From Nitrospinota bacterium (GTDB lineage: Bacteria; Nitrospinota; Nitrospinia; UBA9942), in contig JACRGN010000234.1 in assembly GCA_016234205.1 (NCBI GenBank), positions 1 through 38,698 on the forward strand: a stretch of 38,698 nt of DNA, in the 5' to 3' direction. The notes under the pieces were generated by a model, which made no database searches, was not told where the DNA came from, and worked only from the letters and a program-made list of their open reading frames with translations. Shown here piece after piece: positions 18,084 through 29,067 of the stretch; position 1 is the first letter of the stretch, and the number at the start of each line of letters is the position of its first letter. The position numbers and the translations under genes were made by a program.

Positions 18084-19250
18084 ATGAAGAAGACAGAAAC
18101 TTGCCCTGAGAGAAGCCGAAGGGACAGAAGACAGAAGACAGAAGTAAACGGTTTGAACGGTTTAATCTGTTTGCTTCTTGCTTCTTGCTTCTGTCTTCTG
18201 TCTTCTGTCTTCTCCTTTGCTGGAGATTATCACAAATCAGGTGTTCCCGCACAAACCACCCTTGCCTGTGCCCAGTGTCATGTTATACATGGAACACAGG
18301 GGAGCATATCTTTGATTTATACAGGAGCAACAAATACTTATGCAAAATTACTTAGGTCTGATTCAGTGGTTAATCTCTGCAAGTACTGTCATGACGGAGA
18401 CCCCTTTAATCTTGGAGCGCCAGATCTGTTTAGTCCTATTTATAATGCTGCTGCAGGTGATTTTAATACAGGTGGAACACCTGACGAAGATAAGCGGCAC
18501 AGTATCGGAGTTGATTTAGCAGGAGTAAGTCCGCCAGGTTATGCAGGGAGTGATTGGACAACAGCACAGACAAAATATGGCTCTGTTTTCAGTTGTATAT
18601 ATTGCCATGACCAGCATGGAAATAGTAATTATAGAAATTTTAGGCCCGAGCCGCTGAATCCCTCCTTCAGGGAACCTGGAGGTGACACATCAACGGATTC
18701 ATATAAGATAGTTACATATAATAACGGAGTTTGGGACAATTCATCTTCAATTGCACAGGCAATTAAAGATGGAAATGGTGATGGCAGTAATCCTGCCAAT
18801 CAGTTTTCCACCTCTAATATGACATTCAGAAGCAACACCAAACAGATAGCAGGTTTTTGTGGCAAATGTCATGTAAAGTTTTATAATTCTCTCGGATATG
18901 GCGGTGATGACAGTAGTTATGGTAATGGTAAGCTGGGTGGCAGTGCTGGTGGTGACAACGGAACAGGTACTCAGTGGGTGCGCCACCCGGTAGGCGGTAT
19001 TTCTGTTGGGGTTGGAAATGGTCATACTGACCCCGCAAATTTTGCATCAAATTTTACCGGCGCAAGCCGTGTTCGTGTCATAAATCCAGATGGACTTGAT
19101 AGTGGGAATGATGAACAGCCATTCTGTCTAACCTGTCACAGGTCGCATGGTTCTTCAAATCATTCTAATTTAATATTTGGGGCACCGACAACATTAGGGG
19201 GGGCTGGCACCATGATGAGAGATACATGCCAGCAGTGTCATAATCAGTAG
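18084..19250 (+). CDS. Second hexaheme cytochrome c, divergent OmcS-family paralogue
   Basis: SFA|GDYH; CAQCHVIH, CKYCH, CIYCHDQHG, FCGKCH, FCLTCHRSH, CQQCH; AGDF, KRH, PPG and RHP are colinear with 14844-16055. Confidence 0.82.
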   Translation: MKKTETCPERSRRDRRQKTEVNGLNGLICLLLASCFCLLSSVFSFAGDYHKSGVPAQTTLACAQCHVIHGTQGSISLIYTGATNTYAKLLRSDSVVNLCKYCHDGDPFNLGAPDLFSPIYNAAAGDFNTGGTPDEDKRHSIGVDLAGVSPPGYAGSDWTTAQTKYGSVFSCIYCHDQHGNSNYRNFRPEPLNPSFREPGGDTSTDSYKIVTYNNGVWDNSSSIAQAIKDGNGDGSNPANQFSTSNMTFRSNTKQIAGFCGKCHVKFYNSLGYGGDDSSYGNGKLGGSAGGDNGTGTQWVRHPVGGISVGVGNGHTDPANFASNFTGASRVRVINPDGLDSGNDEQPFCLTCHRSHGSSNHSNLIFGAPTTLGGAGTMMRDTCQQCHNQ

Positions 19251-19260
19251 GAGAAACAAT

Positions 19261-20853
<1,593 letters not shown>

Positions 20854-20879
20854 ATGTATAGGAAATTATAAAAAGCATA

Positions 20880-21050
20880 TAAGGAGAAAGGGAAAAGAAG
20901 ATGGAGAGATGGGGATAAAAAAACAAAAAAAGAATCAGGATACAGATGGACACGGATAACATAGGCTGAAAGCTGAAAGACTTTAACCTTTGAGCCTTGA
21001 GCTTTGAGTTATTATTTATTTCTGTTTCTCCCTTTCCTCCATTCTCCTTA
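20880..21050. repeat. Nested intergenic repeat cluster
   Basis: Outer arms aaggagaaagggaaa...gatggagagatgggga and ttctccctttcctccattctcctt enclose cagatggacacggat and ggctgaaagctgaaag / tttgagccttgagctttgag units. Confidence 0.7.
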
Positions 21051-21067
21051 ATCTTTTTCTTTTGTTC

Positions 21068-21916
21068 ATGACAGCGGTTCTAAAATTACTTCTTTTCGTT
21101 CATCTTGCCTTCTGCTTCTTGCCTCTTACCACTATTGTTTATGGGGAAGAAAAACTTGTAGTGAGCGAAGCAAATCTAAATGGGAAGGAATGCATACCTA
21201 TTGAATCAGATGAGATGCAGAGACGCTATGAAAATAAGCCCCTTCTATTTGATAATATGTTTATATTTGATATTCGTCCTCTTGCAGCGGCTGTGAAAGG
21301 AAAATCTATCCCATTTGTAAAGCAGACCAATATTGATATGTTTAGGGTGAAATACATACATAATATAGAGATGTGGAAAGGAAAGGATGTGTATCTTGTT
21401 GGCGAAGACACAGAATCAACTAAGAGTTTTTGTGAGGAGATGATTAAAAAAGACTACGGTGTGAATGATATTTATTATTTAAAAGGTGGGATTGATGCAT
21501 GGAATGGACCTATCAGGATGTCTTTCAAAGATGTGCGGTGTGAAGGTCTTGATTCGCGTGAAATAAAAAAACGGTTGGAAGCAGGGCAGGAGGTCCATAT
21601 TATAGACTGGCGGTATCCGGAGGATTTCTATAATGGCGGACATATCCCAGGCTCAATAAATGGATATGGAAAAGAAGGGGTTTTTGGAGGGATTGAAGAT
21701 ATGCTGCGGGGATATTTTAGATTCAGACCCATTTATATAAAATTAATCACTGATAATGCCGTTGCTGTATTTATAGATGATACGGAGTGGAAGGGTTTAC
21801 ATAGATGTCGGATTGAAAAGAGGGCGAGCGGTATAATGGATAAAATGTACTATTTAAAAGGCGGTATAGAGAAGTGGGAAGGACCACTGGAAAAGGAACC
21901 ATGGAAACAAGAATAA
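21068..21916 (+). CDS. Exported tandem rhodanese-like protein without the catalytic Cys
   Basis: Signal peptide; IFDIRP...YYLKGGIDAW; IIDWRYPEDFYNGGHIPGSIN...YYLKGGIEKW; active-loop positions read VGED and IDDT. Confidence 0.8.
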   Translation: MTAVLKLLLFVHLAFCFLPLTTIVYGEEKLVVSEANLNGKECIPIESDEMQRRYENKPLLFDNMFIFDIRPLAAAVKGKSIPFVKQTNIDMFRVKYIHNIEMWKGKDVYLVGEDTESTKSFCEEMIKKDYGVNDIYYLKGGIDAWNGPIRMSFKDVRCEGLDSREIKKRLEAGQEVHIIDWRYPEDFYNGGHIPGSINGYGKEGVFGGIEDMLRGYFRFRPIYIKLITDNAVAVFIDDTEWKGLHRCRIEKRASGIMDKMYYLKGGIEKWEGPLEKEPWKQE

Positions 21917-22653
21917 TAGAAGTTAGAAGTCCGAAGTCTGTCTTCTGTCTTCTGTCCTCTGTCCTCTGGTGTCTGATATTGGCCCCTATGTTAGTCAGTG
22001 CCGAGAGTGTGAGGAAGGAGGGATATCGCAATGATTATCTGCCAAACGGGATTGTTCCTAAGCACGAGATGGATACAGCTGAAAATTGGATTGCAATATT
22101 TGAACATCCTAAACGGGGAGAATGGCAGGAGCCGGATAAGGTAATTGAAAAGATGAACCTGAAAGAGGGTGATGTCGTTGCAGATATTGGAGCAGGGTCG
22201 GGTTATTTTACAAGACTGTTTGCCAGGGTTGTTGGGACAACAGGAAAGGCTTATGGGGTAGATATTGAGCCAGAGTTGGTTAAATACATGGAAGAAGATG
22301 CCCAAAGATTGAATTTGAGCAATTATATACCGAAGTTAGCCACAATGGCTGATTCCGGTCTTGAAACTAATAGTGTTGATGTGATCTTTATATGTCTCAC
22401 CTATCACCATCTTGAAGATAGAATCAATTATATGAATAAACTTAAAAAGGTTTTGAAAAAAGGTGGAAGGGTTATAATTGTCGCATTTTATAAAAAGAAG
22501 ATGGACTTTGGTCCCCCCCCTGATAATAAGATTTCGGAGGAAGTGACGATAGAAGAGATGAAAGAGGCTGGTTACCATCTTACCAGACGACTTGATTTTT
22601 TGCGATATCAATATTTTCTTGAATTTGAACCGAATGTAATTAACCACAGATGA
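21901..22653 (+). CDS. Class I SAM-dependent methyltransferase with signal-peptide-like N-terminus
   Basis: WQEPDKVI...VVADIGAGSGYFT...GVDIEP...SVDVIF...YHHL...LKKGGRVIIV. Start reset to ATG 21901 (SD aagga). Confidence 0.88.
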   Translation: METRIIEVRSPKSVFCLLSSVLWCLILAPMLVSAESVRKEGYRNDYLPNGIVPKHEMDTAENWIAIFEHPKRGEWQEPDKVIEKMNLKEGDVVADIGAGSGYFTRLFARVVGTTGKAYGVDIEPELVKYMEEDAQRLNLSNYIPKLATMADSGLETNSVDVIFICLTYHHLEDRINYMNKLKKVLKKGGRVIIVAFYKKKMDFGPPPDNKISEEVTIEEMKEAGYHLTRRLDFLRYQYFLEFEPNVINHR

Positions 22654-22671
22654 ACGCAGACTAAACAATAC

Positions 22672-24336
22672 ATGAAACCACAGATTAACACAGATTCACA
22701 CAGATTATTTAACAGGAAGGAGGAAGCAAGAATAAAGAGACAAGATGCAAGATACAAGAAGCAAGATTCTTTTCTTACTTCTGTCCCTTCGGCTTTGCTC
22801 AGGGCAGGCTTCTGTCTTCTGTCTTCTGTCTTCTTGCTTCTTACCTCTGAGTCTTATGCATCTGTGTGGCAGAAGCCTGAGCTTATAGATGCAGAGACAG
22901 GTGATGCATTCAGAACGAGCATTGCCTTTGACCCTTATGGGAATGCCATCGCCGTATTTGAACAATATACAGATGGAGTCTACAGGATATACGCAAATAG
23001 GTTTTTACCCGATAAAGGTGGGTGGCAGGGACCTGTCATTATTGATGCAGGACCAAGAAATGCCTATGAAGCAAGAGTTGCCTTCAGCTACAGTGGTGAT
23101 GCCATTACAATCTTCAAGCAGAGTGATGGAAATACTTATCGTATATATGCAAATCATTTTATCAGGAGTAAGGGATGGCAGGGACCTGTTGCAATAGATT
23201 CAGGGACAGGGGATGCAGATGGACATCAGATAACATTTGATGCTGATGGTAATGCTGCCGTTGTTTTTGAGCAGAAGTTAAAGGGTGTCTACAGAATCTT
23301 TGCTAATCAATACAGGAATAGAGAAGGTTGGCATGGTGCGGTGGCAGTTGATAAGGGTGAAAGCAATGGATATTTTCCCTATCCTGTCTTTGATTATCAG
23401 GGGAATATTTATGTGATTTATTATAAGGAGGAGGGGGGAGGGCTTGAGGTATACATAAGTAAGTATGAGGGGGGAAAAAAGATATGGAATGAACCCTTTC
23501 GTTTAACCGATAGTCATACTGTTGTTAAGCAGGAAGATTGGAATAAGAAGAGGAGTGATGTAAACAGAGGTATTAAAGGGATATATAATCCACTCTTTCT
23601 TTCTGAGATTAAAAAAAGGATTTATGCCGGGAGTTATACTTATAATTTAAAACGGTTTGAGACCCCTTCTAAGGTAGATTCAAGATTCAGGGATGCCTAC
23701 ACCCCTTCTCTGATAGTTAATAAAGGTGGAGAGATAATGGCATTTTTTGTAAGATGGGATGGAGAGTGTCAAAGGGGATATATGGCTGTATACAGGGATA
23801 ACGATGGGTGGAGTAAGCCGGAGATTATTGATGTAAAAGGAGGGGATGTTGAGCATATAAGGGCTGCAGTAAATTCCAAAGGTGAAATGGCAGTCGTATT
23901 TACACAGTGGGTGGATAACAAACAAGAGGCAAGAGGCAAGAGGCAAGAGGCAAGAAATAATGAAAATTTAAGGATACATGCAAGGCTATATTCCCCCTTA
24001 ATAAAAGGGGATGGTGGGTTGTTTGGCTGGGGGGAGGCTAAAATCATTGATGCAGGTAAGAAGGATGCTTACGGTCCCAATGTGATATATAATGGAGATG
24101 ATGAAATTATAGTAATCTGGTGTCAATGGGAAGTTGAGACCGTTAAAACTTATAGAAATGATTACAGAAAAGGAAGGGGTTGGGGTGAAGCTGTTAGAGT
24201 TGAAAAGGAGGCAGAGACCTGTGGTGGCTGTGGACTACGGATTGCAGCATCTCCCAATGGAATGCCCATAGCCATATTTGAGTTGAAAGCCTATGTTAAA
24301 GAAAGAACAAAAATATATGCCATAGGTGGGAAATAA
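22672..24336 (+). CDS. Exported repeat protein, probable beta-propeller
   Basis: About seven repeats of WxxPxxID.G.G.A....hAF...G.A.AVF.Q....YRIYAN.F; hydrophobic signal ending SYA. Confidence 0.72.
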   Translation: MKPQINTDSHRLFNRKEEARIKRQDARYKKQDSFLTSVPSALLRAGFCLLSSVFLLLTSESYASVWQKPELIDAETGDAFRTSIAFDPYGNAIAVFEQYTDGVYRIYANRFLPDKGGWQGPVIIDAGPRNAYEARVAFSYSGDAITIFKQSDGNTYRIYANHFIRSKGWQGPVAIDSGTGDADGHQITFDADGNAAVVFEQKLKGVYRIFANQYRNREGWHGAVAVDKGESNGYFPYPVFDYQGNIYVIYYKEEGGGLEVYISKYEGGKKIWNEPFRLTDSHTVVKQEDWNKKRSDVNRGIKGIYNPLFLSEIKKRIYAGSYTYNLKRFETPSKVDSRFRDAYTPSLIVNKGGEIMAFFVRWDGECQRGYMAVYRDNDGWSKPEIIDVKGGDVEHIRAAVNSKGEMAVVFTQWVDNKQEARGKRQEARNNENLRIHARLYSPLIKGDGGLFGWGEAKIIDAGKKDAYGPNVIYNGDDEIIVIWCQWEVETVKTYRNDYRKGRGWGEAVRVEKEAETCGGCGLRIAASPNGMPIAIFELKAYVKERTKIYAIGGK

Positions 24337-24400
24337 TAGTTTTAGAGTTGTAGTTTTAGAGTTGTTGATTTGGCTGAGGAGATTAAGTATAATTAAAAAC

Positions 24401-25258
24401 ATGATTAAACTGAAACAACCTATAAAAAATATTATGAGGCGAAAAGGGTTCATCTACGGTGGAGGGGGAGCATTATTTTTACTTCTCCTGATATTTATAT
24501 ATTACTTCTTTTTTGCTAAGGATGTTTTAAAAGACATGGTATTCATACCAGGTGGGGAGTTTATAATGGGGGTTGATATCCCAAAAAAGGAGCAGGGGAA
24601 AAGGGAGGAGGAATTAACAATAGATATTGATGAGACACCTGCACACAAGGTTTATGCAGATGGTTTCTATATAGATAAATACGAGGTTACAAACGTTCAA
24701 TATAAGAAATTCTTAAAGGCAACGGGCAGGAAAACCATCCTTATTGATCCGGTTGATAAGGAGGCTTCATACAACTGGAATGAGGATAACTACCCGGATG
24801 GACAGGGAAATAACCCTGTTGTTCTGGTGGATTTTGAAGATGCAAAGGCATATTGTGAATGGAAAGGGAAGAGACTCCCAACCGAAGAAGAATGGGAAAA
24901 GACATGTCGGGGAGATGCTGGAAAAAAGTGGAGCTTTGGGAATGAAGAGGTTTCCGGATATGCTAATACACGGGAGCTTAATTTGAAGTGGTCGGGCTCG
25001 GTCGGTTCTTTTCCGAAGGACCTCTCGCCCTATAAGGTATTTGATATGACGGGGAATGTTATGGAATGGACAGACTCACGATATTTGCCATATCCGGGCT
25101 CAGAAATGAAGGTAGGTTTTGGAGGGCTTGAAAAGGTAATTCGTGGAGGAGGATGGCTGGTAGATATTCAATCCTCTCGTTGCTCAAATCGCAATATTGC
25201 TCCCCCTACAAAAAGGCACAGGATGCTGGGTTTCAGATGTGCAAAGGATATACGGTGA
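24401..25258 (+). CDS. Membrane-anchored FGE-sulfatase (SUMF1)-domain protein
   Basis: MVFIPGGEFIMG, FYIDKYEVTN, RLPTEEEWEK, DMTGNVMEW, VIRGGGW, GFRCAK. Start uncertain (24401 or 24434). Confidence 0.88.
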   Translation: MIKLKQPIKNIMRRKGFIYGGGGALFLLLLIFIYYFFFAKDVLKDMVFIPGGEFIMGVDIPKKEQGKREEELTIDIDETPAHKVYADGFYIDKYEVTNVQYKKFLKATGRKTILIDPVDKEASYNWNEDNYPDGQGNNPVVLVDFEDAKAYCEWKGKRLPTEEEWEKTCRGDAGKKWSFGNEEVSGYANTRELNLKWSGSVGSFPKDLSPYKVFDMTGNVMEWTDSRYLPYPGSEMKVGFGGLEKVIRGGGWLVDIQSSRCSNRNIAPPTKRHRMLGFRCAKDIR

Positions 25259-25277
25259 GGAGCAAAAAACTGATTTT

Positions 25278-25479
25278 AACCACTGAGACACTGAGGCACA
25301 GAGGAAATTAAATCCGAAATTCGAAGCACGAAATTCGAAACAAATTGGAAACTCAAATGACAAAAATTCAAAACTCTATACTGTCCACCTGTTTTGGATA
25401 TTTGTATTTCAGTCATTTGATATTGTTTCGGATTTCGGATTTCGAATTTTATAATTAATCTCTGTGTCTCCGTGACTGG
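25278..25479. repeat. Nested inverted repeat element (9-mer cactgagg arms around a heptamer cgaaatt / tttcgga hairpin)
   Basis: ccactgagacactgaggcacagagg [aaatccgaaattcgaagcacgaaattcgaaacaa ... ttgtttcggatttcggatttcgaattt] ctctgtgtctccgtg. Confidence 0.85.
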
Positions 25480-25497
25480 CAAATTTTTATAATTTCA

Positions 25498-26334
25498 TTG
25501 AACATTAAGAGACTTTTTACCTTTGTTATCATTATTGCAGGAATAGGTCTTATATTATATGGCAGTGATGCCCTCCATATCAGGAACATACATCCAGAAA
25601 TAGATGGAATGATATATATACCTGAGGGTGAATTCACCATGGGGAGCAAGGGAAGGTTGGAGCATGGATATGACGGTGGCGATGGAAGAGTAGGTCTGGA
25701 GGTTGGAGTTGATGAGATCCCCTTACATAGTATTCAGGTAAATGGATTCTATATGGATAAATATGAGGTCACCAATGCCCAGTATAAGAGATTCATAGAT
25801 GCAACAGGACATGAGGCGCCAGTAGATAGTGTGGCATCAGATGCCCCATATAACTGGAGAAATGGTAATTATCCTGAAGGTGAGGATAACAATCCTGTAA
25901 TTAATGTTACATGGTATGATGCAGATGCCTACTGCCGATGGGCAGGAAAAAGGCTTCCTGTAGAGATGGAATGGGAGAAGTCCTGTCGGGGTTCTGATGG
26001 AAGGAGATGGAGTTTTGGAAATAATTTTATCTCTTCATTTGTTAATACCCATGAACTTGATCTTAAATGGTCGCAGGCGGTTGGCTCATTCCCTGAAGAC
26101 CGATCCCCTTACGGTATCTATGACATGTCAGGGAATGTGAGCGAATGGTCAGGCTCATGGTATAACCCCTATCCCGGCTCTTCACTCAAAAGAGATGCCT
26201 TTGGAGAGAAGAACAGAGTAATACGAGGGGGTTCGTGGTTGGCAGATAATCTTACCGCAAGATGTACAAAGAGGAATTTCGCTATACCTGAAAAAAAGCA
26301 CAGGACGATAGGATTCAGATGCGCAAAGGATTAA
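25498..26334 (+). CDS. FGE-sulfatase (SUMF1)-domain protein
   Basis: N-terminal TM/signal; MIYIPEGEFTMG, YEVTN, RLPVEMEWEK, DMSGNVSEW, VIRGGSW, GFRCAKD; clear paralogue of the preceding gene; TTG start. Confidence 0.88.
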   Translation: MNIKRLFTFVIIIAGIGLILYGSDALHIRNIHPEIDGMIYIPEGEFTMGSKGRLEHGYDGGDGRVGLEVGVDEIPLHSIQVNGFYMDKYEVTNAQYKRFIDATGHEAPVDSVASDAPYNWRNGNYPEGEDNNPVINVTWYDADAYCRWAGKRLPVEMEWEKSCRGSDGRRWSFGNNFISSFVNTHELDLKWSQAVGSFPEDRSPYGIYDMSGNVSEWSGSWYNPYPGSSLKRDAFGEKNRVIRGGSWLADNLTARCTKRNFAIPEKKHRTIGFRCAKD

Positions 26335-26352
26335 GATAAAAAATTTTGAATT

Positions 26353-27987
26353 ATGAATTATGAATTAAGGAAATTGGTTTATATTTTATTTTTTGTAATT
26401 CTCCTTATGGGTTGTCAATCTGAAAATAAGACAGTAGAAGGTAATAGGGAGAAAGAACAGGAAAAAGAGATAGAGCGTTTAAAGGGATTGCTCAGGAATG
26501 ACCCCACAAGGTGGGAGGATCGCCATAAATTGGGTATCGAATATATGACCGCGGGAAAAAATGAAGAGGCAGTTCAAGAATTTTTAGGAGTGATGTCCAT
26601 AAAGCCTGATAATATTGATAATCTACAATCTCTGGGCATGGTATATTATAAAATGGGGAAAAAGCATATGGCACACTTTTACTGGCGCACTGCCCTTGAG
26701 ATAGAGCCGGAAAACAAATTTATATGGGACCTGATAAGAAAGATTGTAAAGGAAAAGGGTGTGGGGGATGACTCCATGGATATAGAAAAATGGGCACAAC
26801 ATTACAAAAATGCTCAGAAGTTATATAAAGAAAGGGATTATGAAAAAGCAGCTTCAGAGTTTGAGCTTGCGGCAAAATCTAATCCATCCGATTCCAGAAC
26901 CTATTTTTCCATAGGTGCAGCATATAAGGCAATGGATAAGATAGATGAGGCAATATCAGCATGGCAGAATGCACTTAAGTTTAAACCGGATGACCTCATG
27001 ATTATGAAATTAATATCACTCGCAAAGGAGAAGAAGGAGAGAGATACTGCAATGGTTAAAGCACAGGAGGCAGTAAAAAAAGATTCCAAGGATTGGAAGG
27101 CACATTCCCGTCTTGCCTCTTTGTATCTGCATGATAAACATGGGAGATTTATAGACGAGGCAGAGGCAGAATATAAAGAGACGGTTCGTCTCAATCCACA
27201 GGATCCAGGTGCGTATAAACAGCTCGCAGAGATAAATTTTTACAAAGGACGTTATGGAGAGGGTATCGGGTATCTTGAGAGGGCATCAAAATATTTATCA
27301 AAGGACGATGTAATACGCAAAAGGATTAAAGACATGAAACTATACCAGAAGCTCTATCAAAAAGGACAGGAGACGTGGAATAAGGGGGGGATTGAAAAAT
27401 ATGATGAAATGGTCTTTGTGCCTGATAGGTTCTTTATAGATAAATACGAGGTAACTAACGTTCAGTATAAGAGATTTCTTGATAAAAACCCTAACCTTAC
27501 TCTGCCGCCCCATTGGAAGAAAGGGGTATATGAGGAGAGGAAGGATAACTATCCAGTCGTAAATGTCGATTGGTATATGGCAGCTCTTTATTGTAAATCT
27601 ATGGATAAACGGCTTCCGACCGAAGAGGAATGGGAGAAGGGAGCCCGTGGGGATAAGGGATTTGATTACCCATGGGGAAATATATTCAGGAATGAAATTG
27701 TAAACAGTGAGGAGGCAGGTTTTGGGAGATTGACCCCGGTTGGTAGTTTTGAAGATGGTAAAAGCCCTTACGGAATTTATGATATGGCTGGGAATGTAAA
27801 GGAGTGGACAGATAGTGAATATAAAGATGGAAATAAGCAATCCCCATTCCACGGAGAGGGGTATAAAATAATACGGGGTGGATCTTTCAAGTCAGGAATG
27901 GAAGAAGTTAAAGCAACAAAGAGGGGATATGCCCCCCCTGTATATACAGACATTGATGTTGGTTTCAGATGTGTAAAGATAAAATAA
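26353..27987 (+). CDS. Lipoprotein with TPR repeats and C-terminal FGE-sulfatase domain
   Basis: Lipobox LLMG|C; multiple TPRs; FIDKYEVTN, RLPTEEEWEKGARG, DMAGNVKEW, IIRGGSF, GFRC. Confidence 0.88.
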   Translation: MNYELRKLVYILFFVILLMGCQSENKTVEGNREKEQEKEIERLKGLLRNDPTRWEDRHKLGIEYMTAGKNEEAVQEFLGVMSIKPDNIDNLQSLGMVYYKMGKKHMAHFYWRTALEIEPENKFIWDLIRKIVKEKGVGDDSMDIEKWAQHYKNAQKLYKERDYEKAASEFELAAKSNPSDSRTYFSIGAAYKAMDKIDEAISAWQNALKFKPDDLMIMKLISLAKEKKERDTAMVKAQEAVKKDSKDWKAHSRLASLYLHDKHGRFIDEAEAEYKETVRLNPQDPGAYKQLAEINFYKGRYGEGIGYLERASKYLSKDDVIRKRIKDMKLYQKLYQKGQETWNKGGIEKYDEMVFVPDRFFIDKYEVTNVQYKRFLDKNPNLTLPPHWKKGVYEERKDNYPVVNVDWYMAALYCKSMDKRLPTEEEWEKGARGDKGFDYPWGNIFRNEIVNSEEAGFGRLTPVGSFEDGKSPYGIYDMAGNVKEWTDSEYKDGNKQSPFHGEGYKIIRGGSFKSGMEEVKATKRGYAPPVYTDIDVGFRCVKIK

Positions 27988-27993
27988 TAAAGA

Positions 27994-28063
27994 AGTGTCA
28001 GTGAATAGTGTCAGTGTCAGTAAAAAAATCATTGCACTGACACTAACACTCACACTGACACTG
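27994..28063. repeat. Hexamer (gtcagt)n / (actgac)n hairpin
   Basis: agtgtcagtgaatagtgtcagtgtcagtaaaa ... actgacactaacactcacactgacact. Confidence 0.8.
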
Positions 28064-28089
28064 TGGTTTAAGAAAGGAGGTATTCTTAA

Positions 28090-28572
28090 ATGAAGGCAAT
28101 AATATTTTTAATCTCATTCATATCTCTCCTCGGGATTAAGAATGGAGAACTTGCTGCGGCAGGGGGGGAGGTTAAATGTGAAGAGATAGCTCAAAATAAA
28201 CTCCTTCAAATGATGGAGAAAGAAAAGGGGAAAGTCGTTATTGTCGATTATAGAACACCTGAGGATTATTATAATAAAGGGCATATCTCTGATGCCATCC
28301 TCTTTTCACCAAAGGATAAGGATTTCTTACAGCAGAGGCTGGATTACCTTGCGCTGCAATGGAAAAGAAATAGTAAGGCCGCTGTTATCGTGGATAATGA
28401 CGGGAGAGAGGCTAACATCTTTTGCAGGAATATGAAGATGTCAATGAAGTATGAACATATATATAGCCTTAAAGATGGTATGAAGCTCTGGACATTGCCG
28501 CTTGAAAAAGGGAAAATGCCAGTCCCTGGAACAAAAGAAAAAACTAAAGAGAAAGGAGGAAAAGGAAAATAA
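28090..28572 (+). CDS. Exported single-domain rhodanese-like protein without the catalytic Cys
   Basis: SD aaggagg; IVDYRTPEDYYNKGHISDAI...VIVDNDG...YSLKDGMKLW. Confidence 0.8.
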   Translation: MKAIIFLISFISLLGIKNGELAAAGGEVKCEEIAQNKLLQMMEKEKGKVVIVDYRTPEDYYNKGHISDAILFSPKDKDFLQQRLDYLALQWKRNSKAAVIVDNDGREANIFCRNMKMSMKYEHIYSLKDGMKLWTLPLEKGKMPVPGTKEKTKEKGGKGK

Positions 28573-28578
28573 ATAATT

Positions 28579-29067
28579 ATGAAAACAAAGTGGGTTTATA
28601 TTTTACTGTCTATTATCCTCCTTTCAGTTTTAGCTCTACCCCTCCTAACCTCCTCTTACAGAGTGGAGGTATCAGCAGGGGAAGATGTTCCCAAGAACCC
28701 TGACTATGTCTTTGCAGTCTGTCAGGATGTAGCGGATGGGAATACCATAGAAGTTGATATCCTCGGCATGAAGAGAAAACTCAGATTAATTGGTGTAGAT
28801 GTTGGCAGAAAGGGGTTCTTTGAGGGGATAAAAAAAATGTTTGGCATGGGGGCTGCGTCATACTTAGAAAAAACCGTAAAAGGGAAGAAGCTCTACCTTG
28901 AATTTGAAGATAACTGGGCTGATCCATCGGGTATTTTACGCGGCTATGTGCATCTTAAAGAAGGTGATACTTTTATAAATCTTGAGATGATAAAGCTGGG
29001 ATATGCATCAGTTGATAGGAAGAGTAACTATAAATATAAAAAGGAATTTGAGAAGGTAGGGAGATGA
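28579..29067 (+). CDS. Membrane-anchored thermonuclease (SNase)-like protein, probably inactive
   Basis: VADGNTIEV, KLRLIGVD, DPSGILRGYV, FINLEMIKLGYA. Confidence 0.75.
   Translation: MKTKWVYILLSIILLSVLALPLLTSSYRVEVSAGEDVPKNPDYVFAVCQDVADGNTIEVDILGMKRKLRLIGVDVGRKGFFEGIKKMFGMGAASYLEKTVKGKKLYLEFEDNWADPSGILRGYVHLKEGDTFINLEMIKLGYASVDRKSNYKYKKEFEKVGR

Noticed and set aside
18084-18145. SRRD/RRQK as a twin-arginine (Tat) signal
   Set aside because: Arginines come from repeat DNA, the FLK-like consensus is absent, and c-type cytochromes normally use Sec
14844-19250. Assignment to OmcZ, OmcE or MtrC/MtrA families
   Set aside because: Heme count (six) and motif order fit OmcS; the others have eight, four or ten hemes
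24220-24234. CGGCG in the propeller protein as a heme site
   Set aside because: No His after CxxC; may be a disulfide or metal site but unsupported
24401-27987. FGE/C-type-lectin-fold genes as diversity-generating retroelement targets
   Set aside because: No reverse transcriptase or template repeat differing at adenines is visible in the window
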